This document shows, in pieces, positions 1-11,336 of a stretch of 64,000 nucleotides of DNA (within the stretch, counting starts at the first letter, position 1; each line of letters begins with the position of its first letter). Below the pieces are notes generated by a model. That model saw only the letters and a list, made by a program, of their open reading frames with translations. It made no database searches and was not told the origin of the DNA. Made by a program: the position numbers and the translations under genes. Source of the stretch: a virus (lineage: Duplodnaviria > Caudoviricetes). The stretch spans positions 1 to 64,000 of the IMG/VR virus record IMGVR_UViG_2747842453_000002; one strand, 5' to 3'.

Positions 1-2
1 AT

Positions 3-3000
3 AGTACAGTTCCTGGTCCTAAAGGCGACACTGGTGATGTCGGCCCAGCCGGCGCAGATAGTACAGTTCCTGGGCCAAAGGGAGATACTGGTGATATCGG
101 TCCAGCCGGTCCAGCAGGTGCTCAAGGGGAAACTGGAATTACTGGGCCAACTGGCCCACAGGGAATTCAAGGAATTCAAGGTGCTGCTGGTTTAGGTATC
201 ACCTTCTTAGGAGAAGTTGCAACTGAAAGTGCATTGCCTGCAGGTGGGAATACACAAGGCGATGCTTATCTAGTGCAAACAGATGACAGTTTACACGTGT
301 GGGATAACACTTCATGGGTAAGTGGAGGTTCTATTCAAGGACCACAGGGGATTCAAGGTGCTGCAGGTGAACAAGGAATTCAAGGAGAATCTGGAACTGA
401 CGGTTTAGATAGTACAGTTCCCGGGCCAAAGGGAGATACTGGCGATATAGGTCCAGCAGGTCCAGCAGGTGAAGCTGGACCAGCCGGCGCAGATGGGGCA
501 GACGGCACAAGTAATTGGGCTGATATAACCGGCACACCAACAACCTTAGCAGGTTACGGAATTACTGATGGCAATTCAGGTGGTGGTGTTTCATCATATA
601 ATGATTTAACAGACAAACCAACTATACCAGTTGATGTTGCTGATTTGACAGATAACGGCTTATTATTACTTCATAACGAAACTATTGTTTTATCCGATAT
701 CAGTGTCACATCAGAAACTCCTAGTGGCACAACAAGTACACTAGTATATAATGATAACACTGGTGTATTTACATTTACATCTGCAGTAGAAAGTTCAGGT
801 GGTGGTGTTTCATCATATAATGATTTAACAGACAAACCGACTATACCAGTTGATGTTGCTGATTTGACAGATAATGGACTTCTATTACTTCATAACGAAA
901 CTATTGTTTTATCTGATATTAGTGTTACATCAGAAACTCCTAGTGGCACAACAAGTACACTAGTATATGATGATAACACTGGTGTATTTACATTTACGTC
1001 CGCAGCAGAAAGTGTTGGCGAAAAAGGAGATACGGGGGATACAGGTCCAGCCGGCGCAGACGGGGCAGTAGGACCAGCCGGTCCAGCAGGCGCAGATGGG
1101 GCAGATAGTACAGTTCCTGGTCCTAAAGGCGACACTGGTGATATCGGCCCAGCCGGACCAGCAGGCGCAGATGGCGCAGATGGCGCAGATGGCGCAGATG
1201 GCGCAGATGGGGCAGATAGTACAGTTCCTGGTCCTAAAGGCGACACTGGTGATATCGGACCGGCAGGTGCTGATGGGGTAGATGGGGCAGTAGGCCCAGT
1301 CGGTCCGCAGGGTGCAACAGGCCCAATCGGTCCGGACGGTCTTCAAGGAGACATAGGGCCACAGGGGATACCTGGTATACAAGGTCCAGCCGGCGCAGAT
1401 GGGGCAGATGGGGCAGATAGTACAGTTCCTGGTCCTAAAGGCGATACTGGTGATATTGGCCCAGTAGGTCCAGCAGGCGCAGATGGCGCCGATGGCGCCG
1501 ATGGCGCAGTAGGTCCAGCGGGTGCTGATGGGGCAGACGGAACAAATGGGACAGATGGATTAGATAGCACTGTTGCAGGTCCACAGGGATTAAAAGGTGA
1601 CACTGGCGATACTGGTCCAACTGGACCAGCAGGTGCTACTACTATGACAGGACTAACTGATACTACGTTATCTAATGTTCAGAACTACAATTTTTTACAG
1701 TGGACTGGTTCTACATGGGCAAATAGTTACGCTTCGATACGTCACTTGATAGATGTTGATAGTGTAGGCCCATTGTCTACTGGTGATGTTCTAGTATGGA
1801 ATCAAAATGCAAATGAATTTGAATTTAGAGCACATCAAACTATTACATCATTAAGTATCAATGCAAACGTATTAAAATACACAGATGAAGATGGCGCAGA
1901 AACTAATATAGACTTGAGTACATATCTTGATGATACAAACTTAGCACGAATCTCAGGTGGTACGTTGAATGCATCAACAGGTGTAGCAACATTTACACGT
2001 GATGATGCTTCTACATTCACATTAGACCTAAGTGATTTGTTAAATATAACTTTATCAGATATAAGTGTAGGAACACCTGCTACAGCGAGTGGCAACGGTG
2101 ATCTATCATACGATAATACTACAGGTGTATTCACATATACTCCACCAATTATACCATCTGATATATCAGATTTAACTGATAATAGTAATGCAATACCATC
2201 AGATATATCAGATTTGACAGATACAACAAGTGTGATTCCAACTGACTTCTCTGATCTTACAGACAATAATAACACACTCGCGGGAACAATCGCAACAACC
2301 GATTTAGATATGAATGGCAAAAGAGTACTATTTGCAAACATATATAATAACGAAGTTGATTTACCAAGTGCAACAACATATCATGGCATGTTTGCGCATG
2401 TTCACGGTACCGGCAAGGGGTACTATGCCCATGCAGGTTCTTGGATTCCATTAGCAACAGAATCACAAGTTGCAAATATAACATTTAACGATATCAATTC
2501 CAAGCCAACCACTATTGCTGGATATGGTATTACAGATGCAGTAGAAGATTTTGCTGATTTAGGTACAACACCCACTACACTAGCAGGATATGGTATTACT
2601 GATGTTGTACCAACAGAATTATCTGATCTAACAGATGTATCGATTGTCTCACCATCTGATGGTCAAATAATGTTGTGGAATGCAACTAATAATAGATTTG
2701 AAGTGGGTGAAATTGGCAGTGCAATAACTACATTTGAAAAGGGTATATATGAAGTCGCAACTAGTAAATCACATGCACTTAATACGAATGTATCTGGCGA
2801 TGCTGCGGCTAACTCTGGTGGGACAGTAATATTTGATACATCAATAAATGGAAATCTGTTTCATTATTATAATAATCAATTGAATTCACCTTCCTGGACA
2901 GCGGATATTACTAATCTTCCGACTACTAATTATCAATTCACTAATGTCACAATAATAATAAAACAACGACCTTGGGGAGGTACAAGCACAGTAGGATCAT

Positions 3001-3194
3001 TGCCAACTGTGTATAAACTTGATGGTCAGACACATACCATACGGTGGGCAGATGGAGTGGCACCAAGTGCAACTGCTGATGGTGTTGATGTAATTCAATT
3101 AACTATTATGCCAATAGAAACATCAGATGGTACCGGAGTGCCTATATATAATACTATTCATATTTTAGGATCACATACTAGTCATCCATATTAA
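3..3194 (+). CDS. Collagen-like (Gly-X-Y) tail fibre protein, 5' truncated by the window edge
   Basis: The frame is open from position 3 ([11 protein letters not shown]...). It has long GXY runs, [11 protein letters not shown] fibre motifs and a C-terminal W-x-x-G-x-AP domain. The ORF-track start at 234 is internal. Confidence 0.85.
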   Translation, partial: STVPGPKGDTGDVGPAGADSTVPGPKGDTGDIGPAGPAGAQGETGITGPTGPQGIQGIQGAAGLGITFLGEVATESALPAGGNTQGDAYLVQTDDSLHVWDNTSWVSGGSIQGPQGIQGAAGEQGIQGESGTDGLDSTVPGPKGDTGDIGPAGPAGEAGPAGADGADGTSNWADITGTPTTLAGYGITDGNSGGGVSSYNDLTDKPTIPVDVADLTDNGLLLLHNETIVLSDISVTSETPSGTTSTLVYNDNTGVFTFTSAVESSGGGVSSYNDLTDKPTIPVDVADLTDNGLLLLHNETIVLSDISVTSETPSGTTSTLVYDDNTGVFTFTSAAESVGEKGDTGDTGPAGADGAVGPAGPAGADGADSTVPGPKGDTGDIGPAGPAGADGADGADGADGADGADSTVPGPKGDTGDIGPAGADGVDGAVGPVGPQGATGPIGPDGLQGDIGPQGIPGIQGPAGADGADGADSTVPGPKGDTGDIGPVGPAGADGADGADGAVGPAGADGADGTNGTDGLDSTVAGPQGLKGDTGDTGPTGPAGATTMTGLTDTTLSNVQNYNFLQWTGSTWANSYASIRHLIDVDSVGPLSTGDVLVWNQNANEFEFRAHQTITSLSINANVLKYTDEDGAETNIDLSTYLDDTNLARISGGTLNASTGVATFTRDDASTFTLDLSDLLNITLSDISVGTPATASGNGDLSYDNTTGVFTYTPPIIPSDISDLTDNSNAIPSDISDLTDTTSVIPTDFSDLTDNNNTLAGTIATTDLDMNGKRVLFANIYNNEVDLPSATTYHGMFAHVHGTGKGYYAHAGSWIPLATESQVANITFNDINSKPTTIAGYGITDAVEDFADLGTTPTTLAGYGITDVVPTELSDLTDVSIVSPSDGQIMLWNATNNRFEVGEIGSAITTFEKGIYEVATSKSHALNTNVSGDAAANSGGTVIFDTSINGNLFHYYNNQLNSPSWTADITNLPTTNYQFTNVTIIIKQRPWGGTSTVGSLPTVYKLDGQTHTIRWADGVAPSATADGVDVIQLTIMPIETSDGTGVPIYNTIHILGSHTSHPY
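575..1012 (+). repeat. Tandem in-frame 219-bp duplication (73 aa)
   Basis: 575-793 and 794-1012 are near identical ([35 protein letters not shown]...). Confidence 0.9.
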
Positions 3195-3227
3195 AGATAA
3201 TTCAATACTAATACGAAGGAAAATACA

Positions 3228-6200
3228 ATGCCATTTATTTCTTTAGTCAACGGAACAATGACTAGCGCATTCGCACTTAATAGCGGTGCTATACCACTTG
3301 GACCAGGAGCAACTGCACCATTATTAAACAACGCAGCGACTCCGTATGTGTTGAATAATCCTAGATTGTTTGATTCTTCTAATGCGCAATATTCTTCATA
3401 TACAGGTGACGCTTTTGGCTCTTCAATAGATAGTAATAGCACATACGTTGCTGCAGGCGTTTACGATGAAGATCAAAATACGTCAAATGGATGGGAATTT
3501 AGTACAGGTGGCGGTGCAATATATGATGCTAATACTGGAGCATTATTATTTTCAATTTTAAATCCAAATACAAGGGACGCATACGAGGATCAAACTACAT
3601 TTAACACGTATTTCAATCCAAATAATATAAATTGGACTGGCGCGGATAAATTTGGTCAATACGTTTCAGTTACCGATAGTCGTGCAATTTTTAGTTCAAA
3701 TGAATCATACGGATCAGGCTCTAGTACGATACTTGGTGCGGGCGCATTGTACACATATGAATTACCAGGTGGAGGCCAAAAGAAAATAATACGAAGTCCA
3801 TTCATAAATCAGACAACTCCAGGTAGATACGTTTCAGGGTTGTTTAACATGTCAAGTCTTTCGAAGGAAACTTATCAGGACACTTTTACTATTGGTGCCT
3901 CTCCAGAGGCACATCCTGTAACAGGATTAGTAGTTGGAAGTGGAAGTACCAATAAGAGCTACGGTGGATGTGTGCTATTAATAGATGCTGTTACTGACAC
4001 TGTATTAAATACATTTGTTGCACCACAATATATGATAGAAACTGACCAATCTAGTCCTTGGAGAAATGGATTAAAAAGATCAGACGAATATAATGCAATT
4101 TATGGTGGCGAATTTTCCACATCAGCACAAAATAGTGATTATGTAGTGGCTAAGGGCCCAGCTTTAGCGAATGGACAAGCAATTGTACACGTATTTGATA
4201 GATTGGGCAGTAATTATCCAATACATGAAATTATTCAATCGGGGAATTTTGGTAATAGTATTTGTATGAACGAAGATTATTTGGCTATCAGTGACCCTTA
4301 TGTGGCAGATGATTATGGCAATGAGTCAGGAAAAGTTTATATTTATGAAGTGGGAACATGGAATCTATTATATGTAATAGACAATCCCAATGCATGGGGA
4401 GTAACTTTCGGCGATCTCTTTGGCATAAGAATGTCAATGGATGGCAGATATCTTTCAATTGATTCTGTAGACATGTATGCGACAACAGCAGATCATGAAG
4501 GGTATACCAGAGGCAATGGCAATCCTACATTAGGACAGGATAAAACATATATATATGATTTGACTGATGGCAGTCTTATATACAGAGTTGATGAACCGTT
4601 ACCATCAGCTTCATATGTAGTTGCTGCAACTGAACTTAACGATTTTAAATTATTTGTTGGATGTCCAGTAGCAGACAATAATGGTAGAGACAGAGATGGT
4701 GCAATATATGCATATAATATTCCAACGACAAGTGATTGGCAAAATTCTACATTAGTGAATCAGTTAGATAATCCAAATCCACTTGGAACATCAGAAGGTG
4801 ATAATTATGGCGGCGCTGTTGCGATATCTAATAACTTGGCAATTGTAAGTGCAAGATATGAAAGCGATGGCGGCGGTCTAAATTCTGGCAAAGTATACAT
4901 ATATGATGTTTCAGATGCAACTGCTAGTAGTTTAAAATATACAATATCAAATCCTAATGCATATAGTGCAAGTGCAGGAGATCAATTTGGTGTATCAGTT
5001 GCGATTGATGGTGACTTTGCAATTGTTGGTGCACCATATGAAGATGACGCTAATGGGTCTGATTCAGGAAAAGCATATATTTTTAATGTAGGTTCAAGTG
5101 GAAGCAGCACAGCACTACTTACCTTAGATAATCCTAATCCTACTGGAACAAGTGCGGATGACAACTTCGGTAGTAGTGTTGCAATTAATGATGACTATGC
5201 AATAGTAGGATCACCATATGAAGGTGACACTGGCGGTTTACAAGCTGGCAAAGTTTATATGTTTGATAAGAATGATGGCTCATTACTATTTACATTTGAT
5301 AATCCAAGTGATCAAACTGCCAACGATTTATTTGGTTCATCTGTTGCAATAAGCGGTAACACTTTAGCAATTAGTGCGCCATTGGATGATGATAACTCTG
5401 GAACAGACTCTGGAAGAGTATATTTATACAGTATCATAACAGGACAAATACTTCATACTATCAAAAATCCAAATCCTATTGGTACAAGCACAGACGATAC
5501 ATTTGGTAGCAGTATTGATTTACTAGGTGATTTCTTAGTGGTTGGTGCACCATATGAAGATGATCCATCATACACATACGCAGATGCAGGCAAAGCATAT
5601 TTGTTCAGTAGTATATCAGGAGAATTACTGTATACATTTAATAATCCAAACGGAGATGACACATCAGAAGATGACCATTTTGGATATGCAGTTTCATTAT
5701 CAGACAGTTATGTAATAATAAGTGGACACGATGAAGATGACAGTGCCAATTCTAGAACTGAAACTGGAAAAGCATACTTTTATAGTTTAGCAGATGGACT
5801 TCTAAAACACACTATAAGTAATCCTATTTCAGATTCAACTGCCCAGAGTGCTAAATTTTCACATTCAGTTGCGATTAATAACGAATATGCTATTATTGGT
5901 GCGCCAGGCGATCAATTTGCATCATTCCCGGGAAAAGTATTTGTATACTCAGCAGAAAAAATAATAGCAATGGGAAATCCAATTGTGTCAGTATCAGATA
6001 ATTGGGCAACGCCAGAAATAACATCACAAATAGAAAGTCCCTATTTTCTAACGCAATATGACATTGACGAAGGCAAATCTGCATACGTTGATGCTGATTG
6101 GGGAAGCTCAGTTGTAAGTTTTGGTGATTACATAGTATCAGGTATGCCAAAAGATGACTATGATTATACACCAGGCGGTCCAAATCCACCCTTTGAGATC

Positions 6201-8939
6201 ATTCAAACTGGAAGAATATTTGTGCATAGTGCTACTACTTCTGAACTATTATATGATATTAAGGCGCCAGAACCACTAGGAACACATACAAATGCATATA
6301 ATGCGGGTCATTTAGGTGCGATGGATAGACTTTGTGTGACAAGTAATTACATAATCGCAGGATATGGTCCTGGTAGTACTGTAGCACAAGATAGAAATAA
6401 AATTCATTTCTTTGATATAAAAACTGGAAATCTTGTACACACAATACGAGATCCGGAACATTCAACTGACCCTGGCAAACTCTGGCCACAGTTTATGGAT
6501 GTATCAGAAGATGGTAATTGGTTAGTGGTAACATGTTATAATAGAACTGTGAACGGAGTTGTAAATGCTGGTAGAGCTTATATCTATGATGTTTCTACTA
6601 AACAACTAGTTCACACATTAGACAGAATTCCCAATGATACTTCAATTTTCTATGGATATACGACCCCAAAAATCACAAATTCCCATACATTTATTCAACA
6701 GGCGTATTATGACAGTAACTTAGGTGGCATACACATGTATGAGAATTCCACTGGCAATTACATAAGAACAATTTCAAGTCCATGGGCTAACCATACTTTC
6801 ACGGGATCTCCTAATGGATATGCGAGTCTCGGTGGCACCGCTGGCGGATTTGCGGCATACGGTGGTATTTACGCTGTTAGCTCAAACGCATATGAATGGA
6901 ATGGTAGTACTTATGCATATACTTATAGAATCTTTCTATATTCTCTCGTTACAGGGAATGTAGTTCTTACTATTGATAAACCAGGTAACGGTTCAACTGG
7001 ATGGGGCGAGAAAATTACATTAGATTCTAATTATATTGTTACTACTGACAGCCTCAGAGTTTACATTTACAGTATCCAAAGTGGAAATCTTGCAGGTACA
7101 GTTAATCGGCCTGCGCAGCCTACCGATCATCAATATGACACAGGATATGATTGGGGTAAACTTTCAAATTTAGAGATACAAGGAAATAGAATTATTGTAG
7201 GATCAGAAAATTGGAGTAATATTTACGGCAGCGGGGCAGAGTCTGGCAGAATAACAATTATCACCGGTGATATGTGGGAAAATGCAGTTGCTGGTCAGCC
7301 TACTTTTGCTAGTGTGTCGCCTGCATCATATAGTGGTGGTGCAAACAGAAGTTTAACATTGACTGGTACTAAATTTGAATTAGATACTACAATAGAGTTG
7401 ATTGATTCTAATAACATTTCAACTACAGTAACCGATTTCACAACAATGGATACTAATACTATTGTATTTAATACACCAAAATCATATACAACCACTGAAG
7501 GTCCATTAAGTATAAAAATAACATCATCTACGGGCGAGTCTGTTACTGAAGTAAATGCATTAGCGACCGGTTTTAATCCAGTATGGACAACAGCATCAGG
7601 TAATTTGTCATCTGGTACTGCGGATGGAGCAGGAACAAATGCACATTATTTCTTAACAGAAGATGTATCAGAAACAATAGTTGCGACTGATACAGAAGAT
7701 TCAGAAGTAATATATACTATAGAAAGTGGTAGTCTACCACCAGGTTGCACAATTAATGCTAATTCTGGTGAAATTTCTGGTACAATTCCAGCAGCAGATA
7801 TTGGAAGTGATACTGTATATAACTTTACTGCCGGTGTAAATGATTCTGGTGGTAACTTAATAACCAGAGATTTTAGCATAACAGTTAAAAATTCTGCTGC
7901 TGTTAATTATGATTTCACATCATTTACATTTAGAGGAAAAGCAACTGGTGCCGCAGGGCCAACACTTAGCGAAACATTGGCTTTTTACGATACAACAACT
8001 TATTCTTGGTTAAATAATACTACATATTTCAATGTTAATTCAGACAATATGCAAATTTGGAAGGTTCCTGCGACAGGTAACTATAGAATAAAAACAATTG
8101 GAGCAGCAGGAGGATCACCAACTGCACAAATGAATATTGATAATGGCGGAATCGGTGGATATGGATCATATACTGAAGCAGATATATATCTTGAACGAAA
8201 TGCACATTTGTTAATTGTTCCTGGACATATGGGGTCAGCAGATTCACTTGGTGGCGCGGGTGGTGGCGGTGGCAGTTTTGTAGCGTATCGTCCATCTGGA
8301 GCAGGAACATCATTTACCGATGCTGATCTTATTTTTGCAGGCGGCGGTGGCGGCGGCGGTGCAAAGATGTCTACTTCAACAGGCATAGCTATTGGTGGCA
8401 ACGGCGGTCTTGAGTTTAAAGGTGAAAACTCACCAGATGGATATCGTACAGGTGCAGGCAATAGTGCAACACAAGGAAGCTTAACTAGTTACTTAGGCGA
8501 TAATGCCTATGGAGATGGCGGCAATTGGGGCGGCGGTAACGGTGCAGGTTGGTTAGGCGCTGGTAGAGCAAGTGGCGGCGGTGCTGGCTCTGCTGGTAGA
8601 TATGGTTCCGGTGGCGGTGCAGGTTTCAACGATTCATATGTTCCTCTAGGCGGTGGCCAATATCGTATTGAAGGTGGTTTTGGCGGCGGTGGCGCTCCTG
8701 GTGGTGCTAATAATGGAGAAGGTGGTGGCGGCGGCGGCGGTGGCTACAGTGGCGGCGCAGGTGATTATGCTGACTATGGAGGAAATGCAAATTGGTCCGA
8801 TTATAGATATATAAATGGCGGAGGCGGAGGTGGTCTATATTATCATAGTGATCCTACTCTTCCATCTATATCTAATTTGGCTACAGGTATTAATACAGTC
8901 CTAGAGCATGGTACTATAATAATTACACTGATTCCATAA
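3228..8939 (+). CDS. Large virion protein: FG-GAP beta-propeller repeats, IPT/Ig-like domains, Gly-rich C-terminus
   Basis: Repeated DNPN..GT...D.FG.SVAI...AIVGAPYEDD...SGKAYIF units; SGSLPPG Ig-like motif; terminal GGGGG-rich domain. Confidence 0.8.
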   Translation: MPFISLVNGTMTSAFALNSGAIPLGPGATAPLLNNAATPYVLNNPRLFDSSNAQYSSYTGDAFGSSIDSNSTYVAAGVYDEDQNTSNGWEFSTGGGAIYDANTGALLFSILNPNTRDAYEDQTTFNTYFNPNNINWTGADKFGQYVSVTDSRAIFSSNESYGSGSSTILGAGALYTYELPGGGQKKIIRSPFINQTTPGRYVSGLFNMSSLSKETYQDTFTIGASPEAHPVTGLVVGSGSTNKSYGGCVLLIDAVTDTVLNTFVAPQYMIETDQSSPWRNGLKRSDEYNAIYGGEFSTSAQNSDYVVAKGPALANGQAIVHVFDRLGSNYPIHEIIQSGNFGNSICMNEDYLAISDPYVADDYGNESGKVYIYEVGTWNLLYVIDNPNAWGVTFGDLFGIRMSMDGRYLSIDSVDMYATTADHEGYTRGNGNPTLGQDKTYIYDLTDGSLIYRVDEPLPSASYVVAATELNDFKLFVGCPVADNNGRDRDGAIYAYNIPTTSDWQNSTLVNQLDNPNPLGTSEGDNYGGAVAISNNLAIVSARYESDGGGLNSGKVYIYDVSDATASSLKYTISNPNAYSASAGDQFGVSVAIDGDFAIVGAPYEDDANGSDSGKAYIFNVGSSGSSTALLTLDNPNPTGTSADDNFGSSVAINDDYAIVGSPYEGDTGGLQAGKVYMFDKNDGSLLFTFDNPSDQTANDLFGSSVAISGNTLAISAPLDDDNSGTDSGRVYLYSIITGQILHTIKNPNPIGTSTDDTFGSSIDLLGDFLVVGAPYEDDPSYTYADAGKAYLFSSISGELLYTFNNPNGDDTSEDDHFGYAVSLSDSYVIISGHDEDDSANSRTETGKAYFYSLADGLLKHTISNPISDSTAQSAKFSHSVAINNEYAIIGAPGDQFASFPGKVFVYSAEKIIAMGNPIVSVSDNWATPEITSQIESPYFLTQYDIDEGKSAYVDADWGSSVVSFGDYIVSGMPKDDYDYTPGGPNPPFEIIQTGRIFVHSATTSELLYDIKAPEPLGTHTNAYNAGHLGAMDRLCVTSNYIIAGYGPGSTVAQDRNKIHFFDIKTGNLVHTIRDPEHSTDPGKLWPQFMDVSEDGNWLVVTCYNRTVNGVVNAGRAYIYDVSTKQLVHTLDRIPNDTSIFYGYTTPKITNSHTFIQQAYYDSNLGGIHMYENSTGNYIRTISSPWANHTFTGSPNGYASLGGTAGGFAAYGGIYAVSSNAYEWNGSTYAYTYRIFLYSLVTGNVVLTIDKPGNGSTGWGEKITLDSNYIVTTDSLRVYIYSIQSGNLAGTVNRPAQPTDHQYDTGYDWGKLSNLEIQGNRIIVGSENWSNIYGSGAESGRITIITGDMWENAVAGQPTFASVSPASYSGGANRSLTLTGTKFELDTTIELIDSNNISTTVTDFTTMDTNTIVFNTPKSYTTTEGPLSIKITSSTGESVTEVNALATGFNPVWTTASGNLSSGTADGAGTNAHYFLTEDVSETIVATDTEDSEVIYTIESGSLPPGCTINANSGEISGTIPAADIGSDTVYNFTAGVNDSGGNLITRDFSITVKNSAAVNYDFTSFTFRGKATGAAGPTLSETLAFYDTTTYSWLNNTTYFNVNSDNMQIWKVPATGNYRIKTIGAAGGSPTAQMNIDNGGIGGYGSYTEADIYLERNAHLLIVPGHMGSADSLGGAGGGGGSFVAYRPSGAGTSFTDADLIFAGGGGGGGAKMSTSTGIAIGGNGGLEFKGENSPDGYRTGAGNSATQGSLTSYLGDNAYGDGGNWGGGNGAGWLGAGRASGGGAGSAGRYGSGGGAGFNDSYVPLGGGQYRIEGGFGGGGAPGGANNGEGGGGGGGGYSGGAGDYADYGGNANWSDYRYINGGGGGGLYYHSDPTLPSISNLATGINTVLEHGTIIITLIP

Positions 8940-8960
8940 TAACACAAATATAATCTAAAG

Positions 8961-8989
8961 AAAAACTCGGCATTAATGTCGGGTTTTTT
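8961..8989 (+). terminator. Intrinsic terminator
   Basis: CTCGGCAT-TA-ATGTCGGG followed by a T run. Confidence 0.8.
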
Positions 8990-9020
8990 GTTGTTTATCT
9001 ACATAACTACGAATATAAAT

Positions 9021-9028
9021 GATAAATA
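9021..9028 (+). promoter_or_regulatory. T4-type late promoter variant GATAAATA
   Basis: GATAAATA recurs upstream of genes at 9021, 10828, 17382, 17730, 29677, 32857, 35965, 45235, 58697 and 60760. TATAAATA occurs at 18182, 26165 and on the minus strand at 26123-26130. Confidence 0.7.
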
Positions 9029-9052
9029 CTGTTGTAATTGGGAGAAGCCGCA

Positions 9053-9397
9053 ATGAATAAAGATAGCATATGGTGGAATGCACCTGAATATTTCAGTAGA
9101 TGGAGATTATTTCCACGTGCATTTATTTCAATGTATATATATCTTCTTTGGGATGTTGTTACGTGGTTTATGGAATTGCCTGATCCAAATATGAATCAAG
9201 CAGGACTTGTTAGTGTTATCGTTGGTGCAGGAGCAGCATGGTTTGGACTATATGTAAATTCTAATTCTACTAAGTTCGAACAAACTACACCGACAATGCC
9301 AACTACTACAATATATTCAGATGAATCAAGAAGAGAACCTAGTAGAGAACCAATAAGAGAACCTGAACCTAAAAAAGAAATAAAGAGTAGATACTAA
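9053..9397 (+). CDS. Two-TM membrane protein, holin-like
   Basis: WRLFPRAF.. TM1 and QAGLVSVIVGAGAAWFGLY TM2, with a charged tail. GGAG RBS before ATG 9053 and a late promoter upstream. Confidence 0.5.
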   Translation: MNKDSIWWNAPEYFSRWRLFPRAFISMYIYLLWDVVTWFMELPDPNMNQAGLVSVIVGAGAAWFGLYVNSNSTKFEQTTPTMPTTTIYSDESRREPSREPIREPEPKKEIKSRY

Positions 9398-9852
9398 TGA
9401 GTAAGAAAAATTTCAAACATCATATTCGAATTCAATTGAATGAAGAATTAGATAAGCATGATATAACTGGTATCTTAATGGTGCTTGAAAAATCTATTCC
9501 TAACATATTTGACGTAGATAAAAAAGAAGTAAATTATCATACTGAAGATAACAAACATCTATATGATTTTAAGATAGAGCGTTCATTAACAGAAGCAGAA
9601 GGCGAAGCAATACTTCACGTTATAGAAAAGTGGACATCAAATGATTTCTTGTTAGAGGTAACAACAACCGAAGATTACTTTCTACCTGAAAATGAATATG
9701 AAATTGATATGACTAGTATGCGTCATAATAGATGGATGGACGAAAAAGTAACAGAAGGATGGAGATACGGATTAGAATTCAATGAAAATCAAAAAACTGA
9801 TCCTAGATTGAGACCGTATCATGAATTAACAGATAAACTAAAAAATTTATAG
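9397..9852 (+). CDS. RyR-domain protein
   Basis: The C-terminal HNRWMDEKVTEGWRYG...KTDPRLRPYHEL matches the RyR domain pattern. Confidence 0.7.
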   Translation: MSKKNFKHHIRIQLNEELDKHDITGILMVLEKSIPNIFDVDKKEVNYHTEDNKHLYDFKIERSLTEAEGEAILHVIEKWTSNDFLLEVTTTEDYFLPENEYEIDMTSMRHNRWMDEKVTEGWRYGLEFNENQKTDPRLRPYHELTDKLKNL

Positions 9853-9858
9853 TATAAC

Positions 9859-9887
9859 TTGACAATACTAAATTTGTATTATATAAT
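9859..9887 (+). promoter_or_regulatory. sigma70 consensus promoter
   Basis: TTGACA-17 bp-TATAAT. Confidence 0.85.
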
Positions 9888-9913
9888 AGGTATTGTAGAA
9901 ACATAGGTAAAAA

Positions 9914-10453
9914 ATGTCCGGTATAAGGAAAACATATGATTTAACAGAGAAGAATTACTTCAAATTCTTCGGTGTTAAAGAGCAACAAAATTTAAGTGCA
10001 CGTAGTCTTACGACACACTATAAAAAAATTCTTACGATTTTAAGTAATGAAAATGATAGTTTTTACAAAAGAGAAAAATTAGATTTTGCCAATAGAGCAT
10101 TTGAGACCCTGGTGGATCCGATAAAACGTGCTAGATATATTTTAGAAATAAATGGCTTTGATAATGATGTCAGGGACACGGCAGATGCAAATGATTTTGT
10201 ATTCGTCAATCAATTGAATTTTCAATATGATAATGCAACTAACATAGAAGATATGAATGAGTTCATCCTTGAACTAAAAAATCAAACATCATGGATAAAA
10301 GAACAAATAGAAGAAAGTATTGATGTATATCAAAATTATAAGATAGCAGCAGGACTACTAAGTAGATTTTATGAGATTTCTAATATTCATAACAAATCTA
10401 AAGAAAAAAAATCAAATTTAGCGATAGGAATAAAGTATGCGGTCTTTGAATAA
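9914..10453 (+). CDS. hscB: HscB-like J-domain co-chaperone lacking the HPD motif
   Basis: NYFKFFG...ANRAFETLVDPIKRARYILEINGFD resembles HscB (DYFTLFG...[25 protein letters not shown]). It is adjacent to iscA. Confidence 0.65.
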   Translation: MSGIRKTYDLTEKNYFKFFGVKEQQNLSARSLTTHYKKILTILSNENDSFYKREKLDFANRAFETLVDPIKRARYILEINGFDNDVRDTADANDFVFVNQLNFQYDNATNIEDMNEFILELKNQTSWIKEQIEESIDVYQNYKIAAGLLSRFYEISNIHNKSKEKKSNLAIGIKYAVFE

Positions 10454-10465
10454 TTGGAATCTAAA

Positions 10466-10828
10466 ATGAGTATATTAACATTAACTACTGCCGCAGAAAA
10501 ACAAATTGATCTGTTAAGTGAAGAAAATGATTGCTATGGTATTACATTAAATATTAAGGGCGGTGGCTGCGCAGGCTTCGAATATGAATGGGGAACCATT
10601 GATACACCTGCTGAATTGCAAAAAGATGATGAAGTGGTTAAAACATCTAATGGGAGTGCCTTTGTAGTAGGTTCACATAGTTTAATGTTTTTAATTGGAA
10701 CAGAAGTAGATTATGTAAAGAGTTTAGTGGGCGCTAATTTTGAAATTAGAAATCCGAATGCACAAAGTAGTTGTGGTTGTGGGGTTAGTGTTAATTTCGA
10801 CATGGATAATTTAGTTCCTAAATTTTAG
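10466..10828 (+). CDS. iscA: A-type Fe-S carrier (IscA/SufA/HesB)
   Basis: GGGCAGFEY and NPNAQSSCGCGVS motifs. Confidence 0.9.
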   Translation: MSILTLTTAAEKQIDLLSEENDCYGITLNIKGGGCAGFEYEWGTIDTPAELQKDDEVVKTSNGSAFVVGSHSLMFLIGTEVDYVKSLVGANFEIRNPNAQSSCGCGVSVNFDMDNLVPKF

Positions 10829-10877
10829 ATAAATATAGTGAACCACAGTTATAATGTTGCATTCAGGAGAATATAAT

Positions 10878-11336
10878 ATGAAATTTTTAAGATGGTGGCT
10901 TTTCGCCTGTTTGACAGGTTTAGTAGCAGTTGTTGCAAATTACTTTGGATTTTTTCAAGAACTTTATGCAAATGATGCAACTAAGATAAGCTTTTTTATA
11001 ATAGTTATCTATGTATTCTCTACGTTATATGTGGGAAAACTAACATATAATCAAACTAAAGGCAAAAACATAAAATCTGGACTTAATACGTCTTGGTTTA
11101 CAAGTGAGGTATTGCTATCCTTGGGTATGATAGGAACAGTAGCAGGATTTATTCTGATGTTAGGTGACACTTTCGGGTCAATTGATACTACTAATCAAGA
11201 TTCTCTAAAGGATGCACTAAGTAATATGGCACTAGGTATGAGTACTGCACTTTATACAACACTTGTGGGATTGATACTAAGTCAGGCTCTAAAGATTCAA
11301 CTTGTAAATCTAGAGTCTGGAGAGGATGATGTCTAA
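10878..11336 (+). CDS. MotA/TolQ/ExbB-family ion-channel membrane protein
   Basis: LGMIGTVAGFILML...GMSTALYTTLVGLI signature; AGGAG RBS before ATG 10878. Confidence 0.75.
   Translation: MKFLRWWLFACLTGLVAVVANYFGFFQELYANDATKISFFIIVIYVFSTLYVGKLTYNQTKGKNIKSGLNTSWFTSEVLLSLGMIGTVAGFILMLGDTFGSIDTTNQDSLKDALSNMALGMSTALYTTLVGLILSQALKIQLVNLESGEDDV

Noticed and set aside
331-2484. Minus-strand ORFs over the collagen gene
   Set aside because: These are antisense shadows of GXY repeats with no RBS or promoter support.
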